DNA of 63,734 nucleotides, the filler included, from Choristocarpus tenellus KU-1152 (taxonomy: Eukaryota; Protista; Phaeophyceae): NCBI GenBank assembly GCA_964200185.2. It is 12 parts of 12 records of this genome, joined end to end, with 100 filler letters (N's around TTAATTAATTAA, not from the genome) between each part and the next. Parts side by side here need not be neighbours in the genome. Positions count along the whole stretch, not along the records: positions 1 to 7,579 come from CAXNAD020005935.1; positions 7,680 to 11,020 come from CAXNAD020020697.1; positions 11,121 to 15,986 come from CAXNAD020012736.1; 9 more parts are not named here. The stretch is one strand, 5' to 3'. Below, in pieces: positions 1 to 13,044 of the stretch (position 1 is its first letter; each line of letters opens with the position of its first letter). The translations under genes were made by a program, and so were the position numbers. The notes under the pieces are model-generated. The model saw only the letters and a list, made by a program, of their open reading frames with translations. It was not told where the DNA came from and searched no databases.

Positions 1-54
1 CGAAAAAAGGGTGAAAAACGGAGGCCGACACCTCCCCCCAAGATACTTTGACCC
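1..54 (-). mobile_element. Terminus of G-tract element (family C), cut by window start
   Basis: Reverse complement reads GGGTCAAAGTATCTTGGGGGGAGGTGTCGGCCTCCGTTTTTCACCC, closely matching 9965-10012 and 49816-49859. Confidence 0.8.
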
Positions 55-3000
55 TTGTGGAAGCTCAACAATACTACTGTGCTGGCCATAGACTCATACA
101 TACCTGTGATGAAGACCATGGTTGAAAATAGAGGGCGAGAATGAAACTGTACTGTAATATGTCAGGTCTCACAAACGCAATAATACTCACTTACTGTGCA
201 TCAGACCACCTTGTGCTTGAGTTAATCTTGTGTCAATATAGATACTGAGGCCACTACTATACTAGATTAAGGCCTGTCACACACCTTATCCTGACTTCTT
301 CCCCTGATTCATATGTTCTCTCACAGAGATTGTCTCAATACCGCGACCAATTTAATGAACAAATATCCGTTCAAAGTATGTAGAGCTCTCGTCTTCCTCT
401 GCACCCACCTTCCCTCACACTCCCCAAGTCATGCTTTCACCCCCTTGGTGGTAGACTGTAAGCACCTCCCTCAGTTTGCAAGCCCTCAGACACTACTTTA
501 AGGTTTCAAAGGACAAACTTGATGGAGGTTGTCTGTTTGTTTGCCCGAATAGTTCATGCTTGTGTAAAGATCTGAATCTTGTTCGTGGAGTCAACACAAT
601 GAAGATGAAGGGGGTATGTATGATACCTGCAAAGAGAGGTCACATGGGATTGGAGATGTACTATACCCAACTTTAACCCTCTGTTGAAGACATCCGCAAA
701 GGTGCGTTGACCCTAACCGCCTAGTCCAATCATGGGGTTGTACAAGGAGTCTTGATATATATTTGTTGACTCCCACAAACGGAAATATGAAACCCTTACG
801 CATTGTCGCAAGGAATTCTCCACGTGTCTTTCACTGCAAGTCACACAATCGCAATCTTACATTCGCCAGCTCCATAGCTCCCTGAAGGTAATGGGGTCAG
901 ACCAGTAGATTAACCAAAATCATGGGTAAATAATATTCGTCAATATCAAACCAAAGTGAAACCCAGACGAAGGCTCCTCCTGAAGGCTCCATGGCCTTGG
1001 GGGATACTGCTAGGTCCAGCAAATTTCACACAAGGGCTTAAATTTATGTCAAGGTAATGGTCGCCTTTCCACCGGACCGTCGCTTGCTGACATTAAATCT
1101 TTCGATATCTTTGACCGTGTTGCATCACTTTTGCGCTATAACACCTCCCCTTGGAATGATCAAGGCCAGGCCATCAACCCAGTGTCGAGGGTACGTGTCT
1201 CCCTCATTAGTCTGGTCCCCGAAACCTACCACGACCCGTGTCATGACTCAGACCTGGGAGATTCACAGCGGTAGCAACGTTCAAACTGTAAGGGGAATGG
1301 AGAATGCAAAGGTAGTGCTTGACTTTGGTAGTTGGTTTTGAAGTCCGAAGGACTACGAACTGTTGTGGGTAATCCACAGAATGGCTACAGAATATTATTT
1401 TCTTATTCTTACATCCTCCCAACAGTTTCCCAGAACAAGTGACGTTTCACGGCAAGATAAAACAATACTGCGTGCAATGCTTGTACCATTGATAAGTTGT
1501 TGTAAGGGTCGCACCCTTAGTGTTCTCCTTCCCCGACGAACGGTTGCCAAGTTGTCCATTATTGCACTGTTTCAACAATTGAAGGCGACATTAATCCACG
1601 ATTGCTTCCTCCTCTCATCTGGACATTTGAACAACCTGCAGGTCAACTTTGAACATGTCTTTCAGAGAGGTGATCATCGTAAAGAATGATTGGAAAGTGT
1701 TGTGCAAACATATGGAGAAGATTGAAACATCTATATGACGGTTCCAGAGTTCCGACTTGCTCTCGGTCGGCTAGACCGAGTATCCCAACCTGTCACTTCC
1801 TTTAAGAAATGAGCATTTACATATTCTGTTGATTATCAAATCAAACTACTGTAGTGTTTGTGCTGATGTGGTCCTCGCATGGCAGGCCGACCTGAGTCCG
1901 AACAAGGAAAGATTTTTACAGAGGACCAAAGAATGTACGAATTTGGTCAAGGAGGTGAGCAAAACGCGGAGCGAAACGCGGAGCGAAACACTTCATGAAA
2001 TCCACAACATGATATCAAGCTTGTCGAAATATAACCGAGTCGTACAACTCACATACATACGCAAGGCCGCAACACTTTAGATCTGATCTCAATACGAGCA
2101 TCCAATTTATTTGGGGTTCCCCAAATTATATTGTCTAACTGACAGAACGATATTCTTGAAGGAGAGACCCCCGCACTCCATACTGGGCAAATGTGCGGTC
2201 AAAAAGTTTTAAAGTCGTACTAAGGATCGTGTCTGATACCCTTTGCCACCATCATCCCCAGAGGCTTTCCTTTCTTGCAGACCTGCGAAAAGAGAAAAGA
2301 GACCTGAGGATACGGAGGAAAAGGACGAATAGGGTAAGTGAAAACGAAGTAAATTCGCAGGTCAGTCCAAAGTTGTGTGCCCAGAGAGATGTATTTCTTT
2401 GTTCGAAAACCCATTCATTGTGTCCATACCCTTTAACCTCATGGGAAAAAAACTTCTGACCAGTTCAGTCCTAGTCAAAAAGGATGGATGAAAGCTATCG
2501 GTAGGGATTTCCAGGTCTCTACCATACACAGTGGCACAAGTATTTGTTTTGTGTCCTGACCATGCTAAGATGCTGCACTTCAAAACCCCTAATGAAATGT
2601 ATGTGTGTCGACTCCAATCTTGTCTTCACAGTCAGTCTTCGTAAGTGGACTTGACATGGAACACCTGCTGAAATCGAATGACACCTCGGAGCTCAAGGGT
2701 GCGCTATCCACCTTGAATGGACTTGTGAGTTCTGGAAATATTTTTGTAGACCTTTTTCTGTAGGAGGGTGAATAAAATAGCCATCAGCTTGATCAGTTAG
2801 GTGACAATATGCTGGGATGATACATTGCCTTGAGAATATCTAGGCTGGCACTAGAAGCGATCCATTGGAAAGTTCATTGCACCGACACTCTCCTGCTCTC
2901 TCCTTCTCCCCACGCTCCTAACAACAGTTTCTTTCACAGTGCAAGGCCCTTGATTCTGCTGGAGAAAGTCTTGTGAAGGCTGAGAGCAACACAAAAGCAT

Positions 3001-4929
3001 TACGAGAGCTTGTAAGACTTAAGGTGACACATATTTATCTGGTTATTAGGTAGAGCTACTTGTACTCCCTGTTACGTTATTACTACTGCAAACGCTTTGA
3101 ATATCCCAACCTACAAATTTCCCTCTTGCCCGTAGTTTCTTTGCTGAAGGTATGGCATGATGCTCTGCTTCCTCCTTGTATGTTCTCCCTCGTACAGGAC
3201 AAGCAATTGCACGCTTGGGAAGAGATGTGCCTTGACATGGTACCTAACAGTGCCATGGACAGTATTGAGGTGTGGTGAGGGTATCATACGTGGTTGTTGG
3301 GTCTTCCCAATAGATTGATAGAATATGTCATACTGAGTAGAATTGTCCCAGGTTGGTAAGAAGGGAAGTTAGATATGCACAGGTGTCTGGAGGCAAATGA
3401 AGAAGGCTCGAGCAGACAAAATCTCAGGATACATTAGCGACACTGATGGAATGTGAATGCAAACCAGCACCCCTACGTGGAATTTGAATTTTTAAGGAGA
3501 CTTTGTAAGTATGTGGCTACTCCTCAGAGGAGGTTCCAGGACTGATGAGCACCTATCCTTTTTAATGTCGGACCTACCTTCAGATGAAGATAGCACAGAG
3601 TATTGTGAATCACTGTGAAAGCTGACATTGTGTGAATTCTATTACAATTAAAATATTGTTGATCAAACTCCAGTAGAGTTCATGTATGGGTAGTACATCT
3701 GTACCAAAGTAGTTTGAGAGAAACGGAAGATGACAAATATGTGGCTTTGATGAACAAGGTTTAATGTGGTTCCTGAGGTTGTGAAGTACTGCACGCTAGG
3801 GTTATGATTCGGTAGATGATATCTTCCCTACCAGTGTGGTGCTATGTGCTTTACAACCATTGGGAAACCATGTCGATCTTGAAACTTCTGCTGGCATTGC
3901 AACCGCTTGGAAATCAAGGACCGCATGCCAAATACAATATACTGCTGTAGAATGGATATGTCAATTCACTCATGAGTGAATGCTAATATTAGTTGTTCCC
4001 ACATAGGAGAGAGGCCATGGAATAAATAAATCATACTCGAAACTTTTATGGTGCAAGAACAAGGAGCCAAAAACTGATAAAGGCATTCAATACACAACCC
4101 ACTTATTAATATGCAGCGCTGCCATCTTGGAAGGGGGTTACACACACACACACACACACACACAAGAGAGATGTAGAAAGGATTGCTAGAACCCCCAATG
4201 TAGAATGCAATGATTGTTGTAGCAAATATAGACACACACTGTGAATGTAGTAAAGGAAAAATGTTCTGAGGAAGACTATAAGCATTGTCGTTTCAGAGCC
4301 ATGTCTTTCTCCATAGCTGAAAACTCTGCAGGTGTGGACAACATTAGGTCTTTGCAGGAGAAAGAGTTTGCTGAACAAGATGGGATCCTATCAGTTTGTG
4401 CTTAGCATTGAAACGAGTCCCCTTTTACTGAAGACCAACTTAAACAACTACCTTCTACTTTGGAAGGTCTTTCTAGGGCGCTCATTGAGCTACGACAGGG
4501 GTAGGAGCAACTGCTTAGGATGAATGTTGTTAAGTTGGTGGTGGGGATCGTCCCACTGCAAAGGCTGCTGTACCTAGCATGAGGCCTCCAAAGTTCTATG
4601 TAACAGTTGGAGTCAGACCTGTCAAACCCAATGTGGATGAACACTGCCATTCCTCCAGGCGCTGTTGGAGCACCATGTAATCTCGATTGTGGAGTTTCTC
4701 CTCTTTTTACCCATTTCAAGATTACTTAAACTGATTATCAAGTGACATCGTCATAATAAGATTGTCTGAGTGCATACAACCCTATCGTTGGGTGCATTTC
4801 TGTTGACAAACCATAAAGAAGTTTTTGTACTTGAGGTTCAAGGACCAAGTACACACAAGAAGATGCCACAAGGGAAACCTAGGAGGAGAAGACAGAGCAT
4901 CTTAGCCACACATTCATTTGAGGCACAGA

Positions 4930-5345
4930 TATTAACACAGCAACATGAAATGGAGCAGAAGCCATACTGCCACCTTGGTGGTTTGGGCGCTGCAACTCAA
5001 ATCACACACATCTTCCACGCGTCTGAATCTAGTAAGGGAAAGTCCTTACCCTCATGCACCCATGTAGACCTGGAATGACACCTCCACGTCATCCACTTTG
5101 AGTATTTTCCTTGGCATGATAATCTAAAACCCACCTCCTGATACATCTTCAGAGACCTCGTTGCACCGAGAAGAATAGGTGTGAATGGAGGGGCAAACAG
5201 TGCTAGACTGCTAACAAACATCAGTAGCCGAGGGTACAGAGTGCAAACCAAGTCAATCATTTCTGAGACATAATCACCTGGCCCGTGTGTGGCATCGGGA
5301 GGAAGCAAAGGCAAGTAACCTTCAACGTTTCCTCTGAGTACCATT
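4930..5345. repeat. Degenerate dispersed repeat (family D), probable old TE remnant, copy 1
   Basis: Shares blocks with 5880-6310 (ACACAGCAACA, GGCAAACAGTG.AGACT.CTA, TGTGGCAT..GG.G.AAGCAAAGG) and, inverted, with 6610-7150. Confidence 0.6.
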
Positions 5346-5397
5346 GAGGAAAGGTCATTGTATTGTGCAACTCATTGTTGTGCAATTGAGGCTTCAG

Positions 5398-5472
5398 GAG
5401 TCAAAGTATCTTAGAGGGTAGAGCTGGGTCCATTCTGGGACCAGAATCAAATGTTACGATTTTGACGTAATG
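5398..5472 (+). mobile_element. MITE family A, left-end fragment
   Basis: GAGTCAAAGTATCTTAGAGGGTAGAGC..GTCCATT..GGGACCA matches the left end of the full copies. Confidence 0.8.
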
Positions 5473-5879
5473 TTGGGGCCTATGATGCACAGCCCCCCCT
5501 TTCCCCCTAGAGACAGACCGTGCAGCCCTCCCTGTTTTTTTTCTACAGCAGCTGCTCAAGCGTCGTTCCTCCCCTTGGCCCACCAGCGCAGCCACCTCAT
5601 GTTACCCACTCCAAGCATTGTGATCTGCATGTAGTACCCCATCATGACTTTTGAAAGTCAGCTGTAGCCTAACATGGTGGTTGCCAGTGAGATGCAGGAG
5701 TACTAAATAACAGGATTATTGCTTGACAGCATCATCATAACAAGTTAATTTTAGAGAGTGTAATTCTTGCAACGGATGTGATTCGGGTGACAAACGGGTA
5801 AAGTACCAAAGCACACCAGAGGATGTGGTTCAAAGGGACACCCCGAGGAGAGAAAGAAAGAGGATCTTTGTCACGTATG

Positions 5880-6310
5880 AACACAGCAACACGAACAGAG
5901 GACAGGCCACACTCCCACCTCGGTCACTTGGATCCTGCAGCTCCAACCACCAATGTGTTCCACACGTCCAAAGGTCCGATGTAGCAGAGTCCTTATCCTA
6001 ATGCGCCCATATAGACCTTGAAAGACATACTCACGTTGTCCTTTTTGGGTGGCAGGAATTACATCACAAAAGTAGTTGTTTTTGGGACGATTGCACACTC
6101 ACCACTTTCTAGCATGTCATTAAGGACTTCATCTAACTGGCAACCATGAGTGTGAACAAAGTGGCAAACAGTGACAGACTACTATTGAACATCGGTTGCG
6201 GACAGTACAAGGTTCAAATCAAGTCAATATCTCTGAGGAATACTTGTCTACCCCATCTGTGGCATTTGGTGCAAGCAAAGGTAATCCCCCCTGACAATGC
6301 CTCTTGGTAA
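5880..6310. repeat. Degenerate dispersed repeat (family D), copy 2
   Basis: Collinear similarity to 4930-5345 in the same orientation. Confidence 0.6.
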
Positions 6311-6609
6311 CCCTTGTTGTGGAGAAGTGATAGATGGTAGAAATTGTTATTCTGTAAAATAGAGTAGGTTCTGCATTACCATATAATCTGGTGTATATAT
6401 TTTACTTCTATTTTTCGCGTTCTTCATTTTATAGAGCCAGTTCTACCACACCAACAAATATTTTACCACCTAACCACAATAGCCCCACAGGAATCTAGTT
6501 TGGGTGTCTTATACTGGCAGTAACACATCCCAAAGAAAGAGCAAAAACTCGTCCATTTGCGATTGGTAAGCTTCTCTCCGTTCCCCAATATTTGTTTGTA
6601 GATACATGA

Positions 6610-7150
6610 TCGTTGAGGGGTACTTGCCCTTAATTTGTACCAGATGCCACACAAGGAGTAGTTGAACTAGAATCCATTGGGTATATTCGACTTGGTGTGT
6701 AGTTGAGATGCTCAGCGTCTGATGTTTGTCACCAGTCTGGCACTGCTTACCCCTCCGTTCGTTTTAATTTTTCCTGGTGTGAGACCCCTCTTGAGGAGAC
6801 AGAGAATGGAACTTCTGGGCAATTTTCCCAACCAAAACCACATACACTTCCAACCTACCTACCACCAAAAATCGGCAATACAAGTGTGTCGTCCAAGATG
6901 TATGGGAGTGTGTGTGGGGATAAGGACATACCTTCATTGCACCTTGCGGGCACGTGGGACATGTTGATGGTGGTGGAAGCTGGGGGATAACAATATACTC
7001 AATACAACGAGAGAGACCAAGGTGGGAGTGTGATCTGTGGTATTTTTATGTAGCTGTGTTAGTATATGTTGCTCAGATGATCATGTGGAGTAATTCCTCT
7101 TTCACTCCTCGGAGTCCCTTGGAACAACAGCCGCTTGTGTACTTGGCCCT
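6610..7150. repeat. Degenerate dispersed repeat (family D), copy 3, inverted
   Basis: CGTTGAGGGGTACTTGCC..CAGATGCCACACA..GACTTGGT..CTGATGTTTGT.A.CAGTCT.GCACTG is the reverse complement of blocks in 5190-5330. Confidence 0.6.
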
Positions 7151-7388
7151 GCACCTCACACAAACATGTTGCAACTGTTCTATTGGGTGAATATCCTATT
7201 GAGTACTCGTATGTCCTTTTTGGAATAACCATAATGGTCTACTGCCGACCTTCTCCGCACAGCATGGGGTACAACAGGGGCAATGCTGTGCATGGGTAAC
7301 AAGGTGGAGTGTGCCAGGGGGGAGGAGAAAAGGAGATTCCGTTACATAGTGGCCACTATGCTTCAGCAGCTCAGGAGGGTAAAGTAGA

Positions 7389-7579
7389 GGCTCAGAGTAT
7401 TTTTGGGGGGCGGCGGCGGTCCATTAGGGGCCCATTTTTCCATAGAGCGATTTTTGGGTAATTTGGTTGCATGCGTCACATGGATAATGTATATTCACTT
7501 CTCCTCGTCAGGGTCTGAATGGACACCCTGGTGTAGACCCCCCCCCCCCCCCCCCCACCCCCCCCCTCTCGCCCCCCCC
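7389..7579 (+). mobile_element. G-tract element (family C), contig-truncated
   Basis: Left end GGCTCAGAGTATTTTTGGGGGG..GTCCATTAGGGG; right part AATGGACACCCTGG..poly-C as at 16093-16130. Confidence 0.55.
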
Positions 7580-7679
7580 NNNNNNNNNNNNNNNNNNNNN
7601 NNNNNNNNNNNNNNNNNNNNNNNTTAATTAATTAANNNNNNNNNNNNNNNNNNNNNNNNNNNNNNNNNNNNNNNNNNNN
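7580..7679. other. Artificial contig spacer; identical spacers at 11021-11120, 15987-16086, 18588-18687, 23068-23167, 41327-41426, 45967-46066, 49860-49959, 54862-54961, 57826-57925, 60460-60559
   Basis: Each is N44-TTAATTAATTAA-N44, giving stops in all six frames. Confidence 0.98.
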
Positions 7680-7725
7680 CCCCCCCCAACCCCCCCCCCC
7701 CCCCCCCCCCAAGATACTTTGACCC
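7680..7725 (-). mobile_element. Family C terminus at contig start
   Basis: poly-C then AAGATACTTTGACCC. Related termini at 15959-15986, 16087-16144, 41427-41444, 49816-49859, 57960-58010, 60441-60459, 63679-63734. Confidence 0.75.
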
Positions 7726-8737
7726 ATTGCACATGGAAGCATGTTGGAACCAGAGGATGCCACACTCTCGACATTTCACGAGGAGAGATTCCGAGGTTCC
7801 GGATTGCTGAAGAGATGTCACACGAGGCCATTGCAGTGATAGGTAACCAACCAACAAGACTCGGAGTAAAAATGTAGGAATATCCCAAGAATATCCAACT
7901 CCTGCCGGACTTAAACTTGTGCACCAACATGCCATCCATGAAATGCGCACGTTGGGTACTGGTAACGCGTGTCACGTTTTGTTTGTTGAGGATACTTGTG
8001 TACAAAACATGACAATGATATTATAGGCAAGAACCCTGCTGAGTGTTGAATTTGGTTCTGTAGAGGTGATTTGTAGGACAAGGAATTGGCTAGTTTGGGA
8101 CTACTACAGAAATAAGATGGTAAGCACTTGAGCACCAAGAATGTCAACCCAATCCCCAGAGCAGCACCCTGGCTCGGGAGCTGCAGGTTATGCAAGCGTT
8201 AGTGATGGTGATTGCGCAACACCACTACCAGCTTCCAAGTGATGTTAAGGATCGCCGGTGATGAGACACCTACACACCGTCCTTACAATAAAAACATGTT
8301 ATTGCACGAAAAACTCATGAAATTGTACAGTTACTCGGTCACAAATACCCCTTGGTGAGCACAAGTATAGCTTGTTGTACACATATCCATTATGTGGTGT
8401 TTGGATGGACTACTTTGCCCTCGTATACTTCGTCACGGACATAGAGCAACGTCCAGTGATTAGATGGAACTGTTGTAGGTGTAGCAATTGGAGTCTAATA
8501 ACCAGTTCGTGGTAGTAGGAATAGAATGAATAATACATTATTTCGGAGGATCGTATATTGTCGTTAAGAAGAAGACCCATCTATGTATATATGACTTGAT
8601 TAATTCCATATTGGGTTGGACAGGTTGTAGATGAAGTAATAAGGAAGGAGAAAGGAGGACTGAGTGTTCAAGCTGAAGGGGTGGGGGGTCCTTGCCACCA
8701 AATCAATCCTATTCTGTGGATCACTTATTGTTAATCA

Positions 8738-8997
8738 GAGCCAAAGTGTCTTAGAGGGTAGAGCCGCGTCCATTTGGAGTTCAACATCCAATGTTGCGAT
8801 TTTGATGTAACTCCGGCTATCATGTTTGCTAGGAAGTGACAATATCCTCGTTCCGGACAAACCTTTTCATAACGTATACATTTTACCTACTCCGAAACAT
8901 TTTTAAGTAGGAAAACGTCATAAAAAGAGACCATGGGAAGCCAAGCCCCAAATGGACAAACAGGGGAAAAATCGTACCCTCTCAGATACTCTCACTC
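8738..8997 (+). mobile_element. MITE family A, full copy (260 bp)
   Basis: TIRs GAGCCAAAGTGTCTTAGAGGGTA / TACCCTCTCAGATACTCTCACTC; TCA on both flanks. Confidence 0.9.
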
Positions 8998-9408
8998 TCA
9001 CCGATTACTTGTTACCATGTTTCCTATTCCTGAACTCTTCCATGTTCTAGCTCGTTAACCCGTACCTATTTTCTATTCTTCAGAACACCAACATGTTCTT
9101 TTCCATCATCCGATAGTTTTATTACAGAATTCACTTTTACGCAAGAATTAATATTTTATCCTGGACAATTCCTACTTACTACATACTAATCATATCTGCA
9201 CTACTAGCAGAGTCCATTATGAAACTTGGTCGGAAAAATTCCTTGTACGTCCCAAGTACCTTGCCAATATTTGAGCTCTATGAAAATACTGCTAATAATG
9301 CTAATTATGAGGAGTGTTCAAATTTTTGATATTACAGTGTACGATTGTTTTCGTCACCTTGACAATAATAGTACTTCACATCCGCAAAGTCGTACGTATC
9401 TTAGGACT

Positions 9409-9645
9409 AGGGCTCACTGTATCTGGGGGAGGGGGGGGGGGGGGGCCTAGCACAGGGCGCCCTTTTCGGTTTTGACCAGGTATTGGAAANNNNNNNNNNT
9501 TTTTTTCTAATTCAAAAAAATAATTCTCACACAGCAAAAGGGTGTGACGATCTGGGGGAGGGGGGTTTGTGGGGGGGGGGGGGGGGGGGGGGGGGGGTCT
9601 AGCACAGGGCGTCCATTTCGGTCTTGACCAGGTATTGGAAAAAGT
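9409..9645 (+). mobile_element. Two tandem family C ends
   Basis: ATCTGGGGGAGGGGG..poly-G..CTAGCACAGGGCG.CC.TTTCGGT.TTGACCAGGTATTGGAAA occurs twice around a 10-N gap; could be an assembly duplication. Confidence 0.6.
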
Positions 9646-9964
9646 CGAGGGTTGGTTCTTTTTTGATGAAGTGTGGAATATCTGCACCTTCGGATATGTC
9701 CTTAGCGCTTAGATTTGGATGGGACTGTGCTATGGTGTTGGAAAAGTAGTCTGTACACACGTATATTTTTCGAGTCGGGTGTTGTTGTTTTGATGAGGTG
9801 TGGAGTACAGGGGTTATTTCTCTTGCAGGTGTATTGCCTTGATAATTGGACTGTGATATGAAGTACGGGAGAGTATGTCATCTGTAGCGGCTGGGATATC
9901 TGTTTGTCAATGACCTTGGTATTTCAGCAATCTGAGGGCGTGAAGGGATATGACTCATGCGTTG

Positions 9965-10060
9965 GGGTCAAAGTATCTGAGGGGGGGGGTGCCGGCGTCC
10001 GTTTTTCACCCTCTTTTCGATTTTCACTTTTTGGTGTGATTTGGTCGCACTTGTCGGATT
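9965..10060 (+). mobile_element. Family C left end
   Basis: GGGTCAAAGTATCTGAGGGGGGGGGTGCCGGCGTCCG shared with 49816 and 1-54. Right end not located. Confidence 0.75.
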
Positions 10061-10954
10061 GGGAATGTGGGCAAAAAAAAGAAGACTGTTGGTTAGGTTC
10101 CCTTCTGTCCTTGCGTACGCAAGAGGATTGGGAATTTATGCCACCACTTATTTGGGCTTGGTTAGGAGTTTCCGACGTGTTTGTATGTGTCGGATTTCGA
10201 ATGCGTTAAACAGGCTTATGTCGACGTATACATTGGTTGTACAGTTATGATGAAGAATGAGAGATATGCCATTGGTTGTTTCGGGGCTAGTTATTGGTTT
10301 GTTTGGTTGCATGAGTGGGATTTGGTCAGCACATAAAGAGGGCTGTCGGTTAGGGTGTGTTTTCCCAGTGTTAGCACGAGGAACTGAAAAAAAGAAGACC
10401 GTGGACTGTTTCGAGGTTAGTTCTTTTATTGCGTTGACAAGATAAATGTATGTGATGTGTGTGAGAATTGAACCAATCTGACGTCTTTTACTTCCATTTT
10501 CCATGGCAAGTGTGCAGAATGGGGAGTGTACACAACAAGATGTTTTAGGTTTGAGAGTTCCAGCAACTTTTCATTGCCTGCACTCTCATGGGGGAGTGTG
10601 CAAAATAGGTGTATATGAGATTATTGTGTTGAGTTGAGTCCATGTGATGTAAATAATGAGATAGTACATACGGATTATGTATGGGATTATGTATTGGTAT
10701 TTATTCCGCATTCAACTACTTTGACATAACCGTTGACTTAGATAGGAAGCACAGATAAATATTGAACAAGCAATGAGAAGACACCACACACAAAGGTCAC
10801 TCTTCTAATTTCAACCATGTAATCGCGTTCAGCAAAGGGGGTCGTGTGAGGTTTCACACCTTCTTATCTTCACTACTAACAAATAGCATCACCTCCCAAG
10901 GTAGTTTGCACATTTTCGTTTATTAGCTTGCATGAGTCGTGTCTGGTTTGGTAA

Positions 10955-11020
10955 GAGCCAAAGTATCTTAGAGGGTAGAGCCGTGTCCATTTGGGAACCA
11001 AAATCCAATGTTGTCATTTT
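10955..11020 (+). mobile_element. MITE family A, contig-truncated
   Basis: GAGCCAAAGTATCTTAGAGGGTAGAGCCGTGTCCATTTGGGAACCAAAATCCAATGTTG. Confidence 0.85.
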
Positions 11021-11120
11021 NNNNNNNNNNNNNNNNNNNNNNNNNNNNNNNNNNNNNNNNNNNNTTAATTAATTAANNNNNNNNNNNNNNNNNNNNNNNN
11101 NNNNNNNNNNNNNNNNNNNN

Positions 11121-11157
<37 letters not shown>

Positions 11158-12355
11158 TGTCTGGGGCGGCCCGGCCGGGGGGGTGCGCCGTGCGGCGATA
11201 GGGTTAAGGGTAGGTATCTGATGTGTATTGATTGAAATGACTGCCTCTATGTTTGAGTTCAAATATTGTATGGAAGATAGGAATGAGAATGGACTTGAAA
11301 AGTGCTATGGCTAGTATCACTCATTCCTTTAAATATATTTGTACATGTAGTGATAGGCAAGAAAGACCTCACCGCCAATGGGGCTAAGGTTTTGTTAAAC
11401 CTTGGAGGGGATATGGGGAAGGGGAGGGGGTTAAAGTAGGGCCAATGTTACCGATGGCGGGACTTTTTGTGCATCTCAGTGTTATGAGGATCACCCAAGT
11501 AATAAGGTACACCCTGTACCTGCACCGACTACTTCATATTTGTCTCTTTAAAGGTATGCTTGTACCTTTAAAAAGGTAAATGGTACGTTCGATGTGAACA
11601 ATTCTTGCTATTTCTCTTTTCGGAACACTTTCTCCTGAGTCTGTTTTGAAAGACCTCGCAACATTAACAACAAAATATACACAGAGGGCTTTGCTGATGG
11701 TCCAGGTCGCAGCCTGGTTCCCCTTGCGTGTTGTGAATGCCGGGCTCGGTGACAATAAAACCCGTCTTTCCCAGGCTAGCACTGTCAAAAAATTATTGTT
11801 GTTTAGTCATTGAGGTGTGGCCCGGGCTGATCTCTGTGTAATTTTTTTTACTTGTTTACGAGAGCGATCTATCTACCTTTCGAAGAACTTTAGCGATTTT
11901 TTTTATATTACATAGTGAGTAGTGATTTAGTATACACAATAAACAAACAGGCAAGGAAGTCATTTTTTTTTTTTAATGTATTATTCTAGTACGAGAGTGC
12001 TCGGTATTTTTTAATTCTTTGTTGTGTAAGCAGAACTATTATTAAATGCTCAAGTGTTTTAGTTCTGTGCCTAGCGGAAACAATCAAGAGTCCAAAGCGC
12101 GATGCAATCGAACAGCCTCGTGTTTTGTTAACAACGGTAGTAGTTTGACAAGAACGGATATTTTACACGCGTGTTTTTTTTAATATTTTATTTGTTTGTT
12201 TTTGAAGCGGTGTGTGTTGGAGTGGAGAGTGGGAGAGTGGAGTGGTTTGACTCATCGGTTTACATCACTCTCTTATTTTTTTTTCAATTCTTGTAGTGTA
12301 GTTCATAGTGTAGTTCGTTTGAAGAAGTGAGAATGAACCCCGCCCAATCGAACTC

Positions 12356-12358
<3 letters not shown>

Positions 12359-12391
<33 letters not shown>

Positions 12392-12536
12392 TATTTTAGT
12401 ACAGTACTTGTAACTACACATGGTGCACGTTTTTCACATTTTTCTTTTTATGCATACATGCGTCTGGCCCGGCAAAAACTGAGATCAGTCCAATCTTCTT
12501 GACAAATTCCTATAGCCCTGGCCTGGCCCTTGCAAG

Positions 12537-12583
<47 letters not shown>

Positions 12584-12818
12584 CCAAGCTGGCTCACAGT
12601 CTGACCCTGTCACAACTATCCGCTCTGGTGTAAGGCCTTGAAAAAACTATGTGAGGTAAAATAGGTTACATAGTGTTCCCTCACAACCCTCCCTCCCCTA
12701 TGCTTGTGTGCTTTGTTCACCTTGAAGTATTTTTCTGTTTATTTTAATTTATTTTATTTTTGTTGCCTTGAGTGTACATTCTCACATCCTTTTTCTTGTT
12801 ATCATTTTTTTTTCAATT

Positions 12819-12862
<44 letters not shown>
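12359..12862. repeat. Microsatellite cluster: (TA)n at ~12359 and ~12539, (CT)n at ~12826
   Basis: Read directly. Confidence 0.9.
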
Positions 12863-12864
<2 letters not shown>

Positions 12865-13044
12865 ATCGAAATTTATGATGCATTGGTGTTGAATACCCAG
12901 GTCTCGCCATCGCCTGCAGAGCTTTTGTCATAGTGTGTGTGTGTGTATGTGTGTGTTTTTTATGATTGGAACGAGTCCATATCCACTAGGGTATTGAACC
13001 AGTCTATCTCCATGTCTCTGTCCAGACTGGTCCCAGAGTTATTT

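Noticed and set aside
850-1400. Possible tyrosine recombinase (HSG.., GSW..S)
   Set aside because: Catalytic R..HxxR..Y set could not be assembled in any consistent frame.
11770-12530. Possible hAT-like element with CCAGG(G)CTA ends
   Set aside because: Inverted similarity is short and patchy; no 8-bp TSD.
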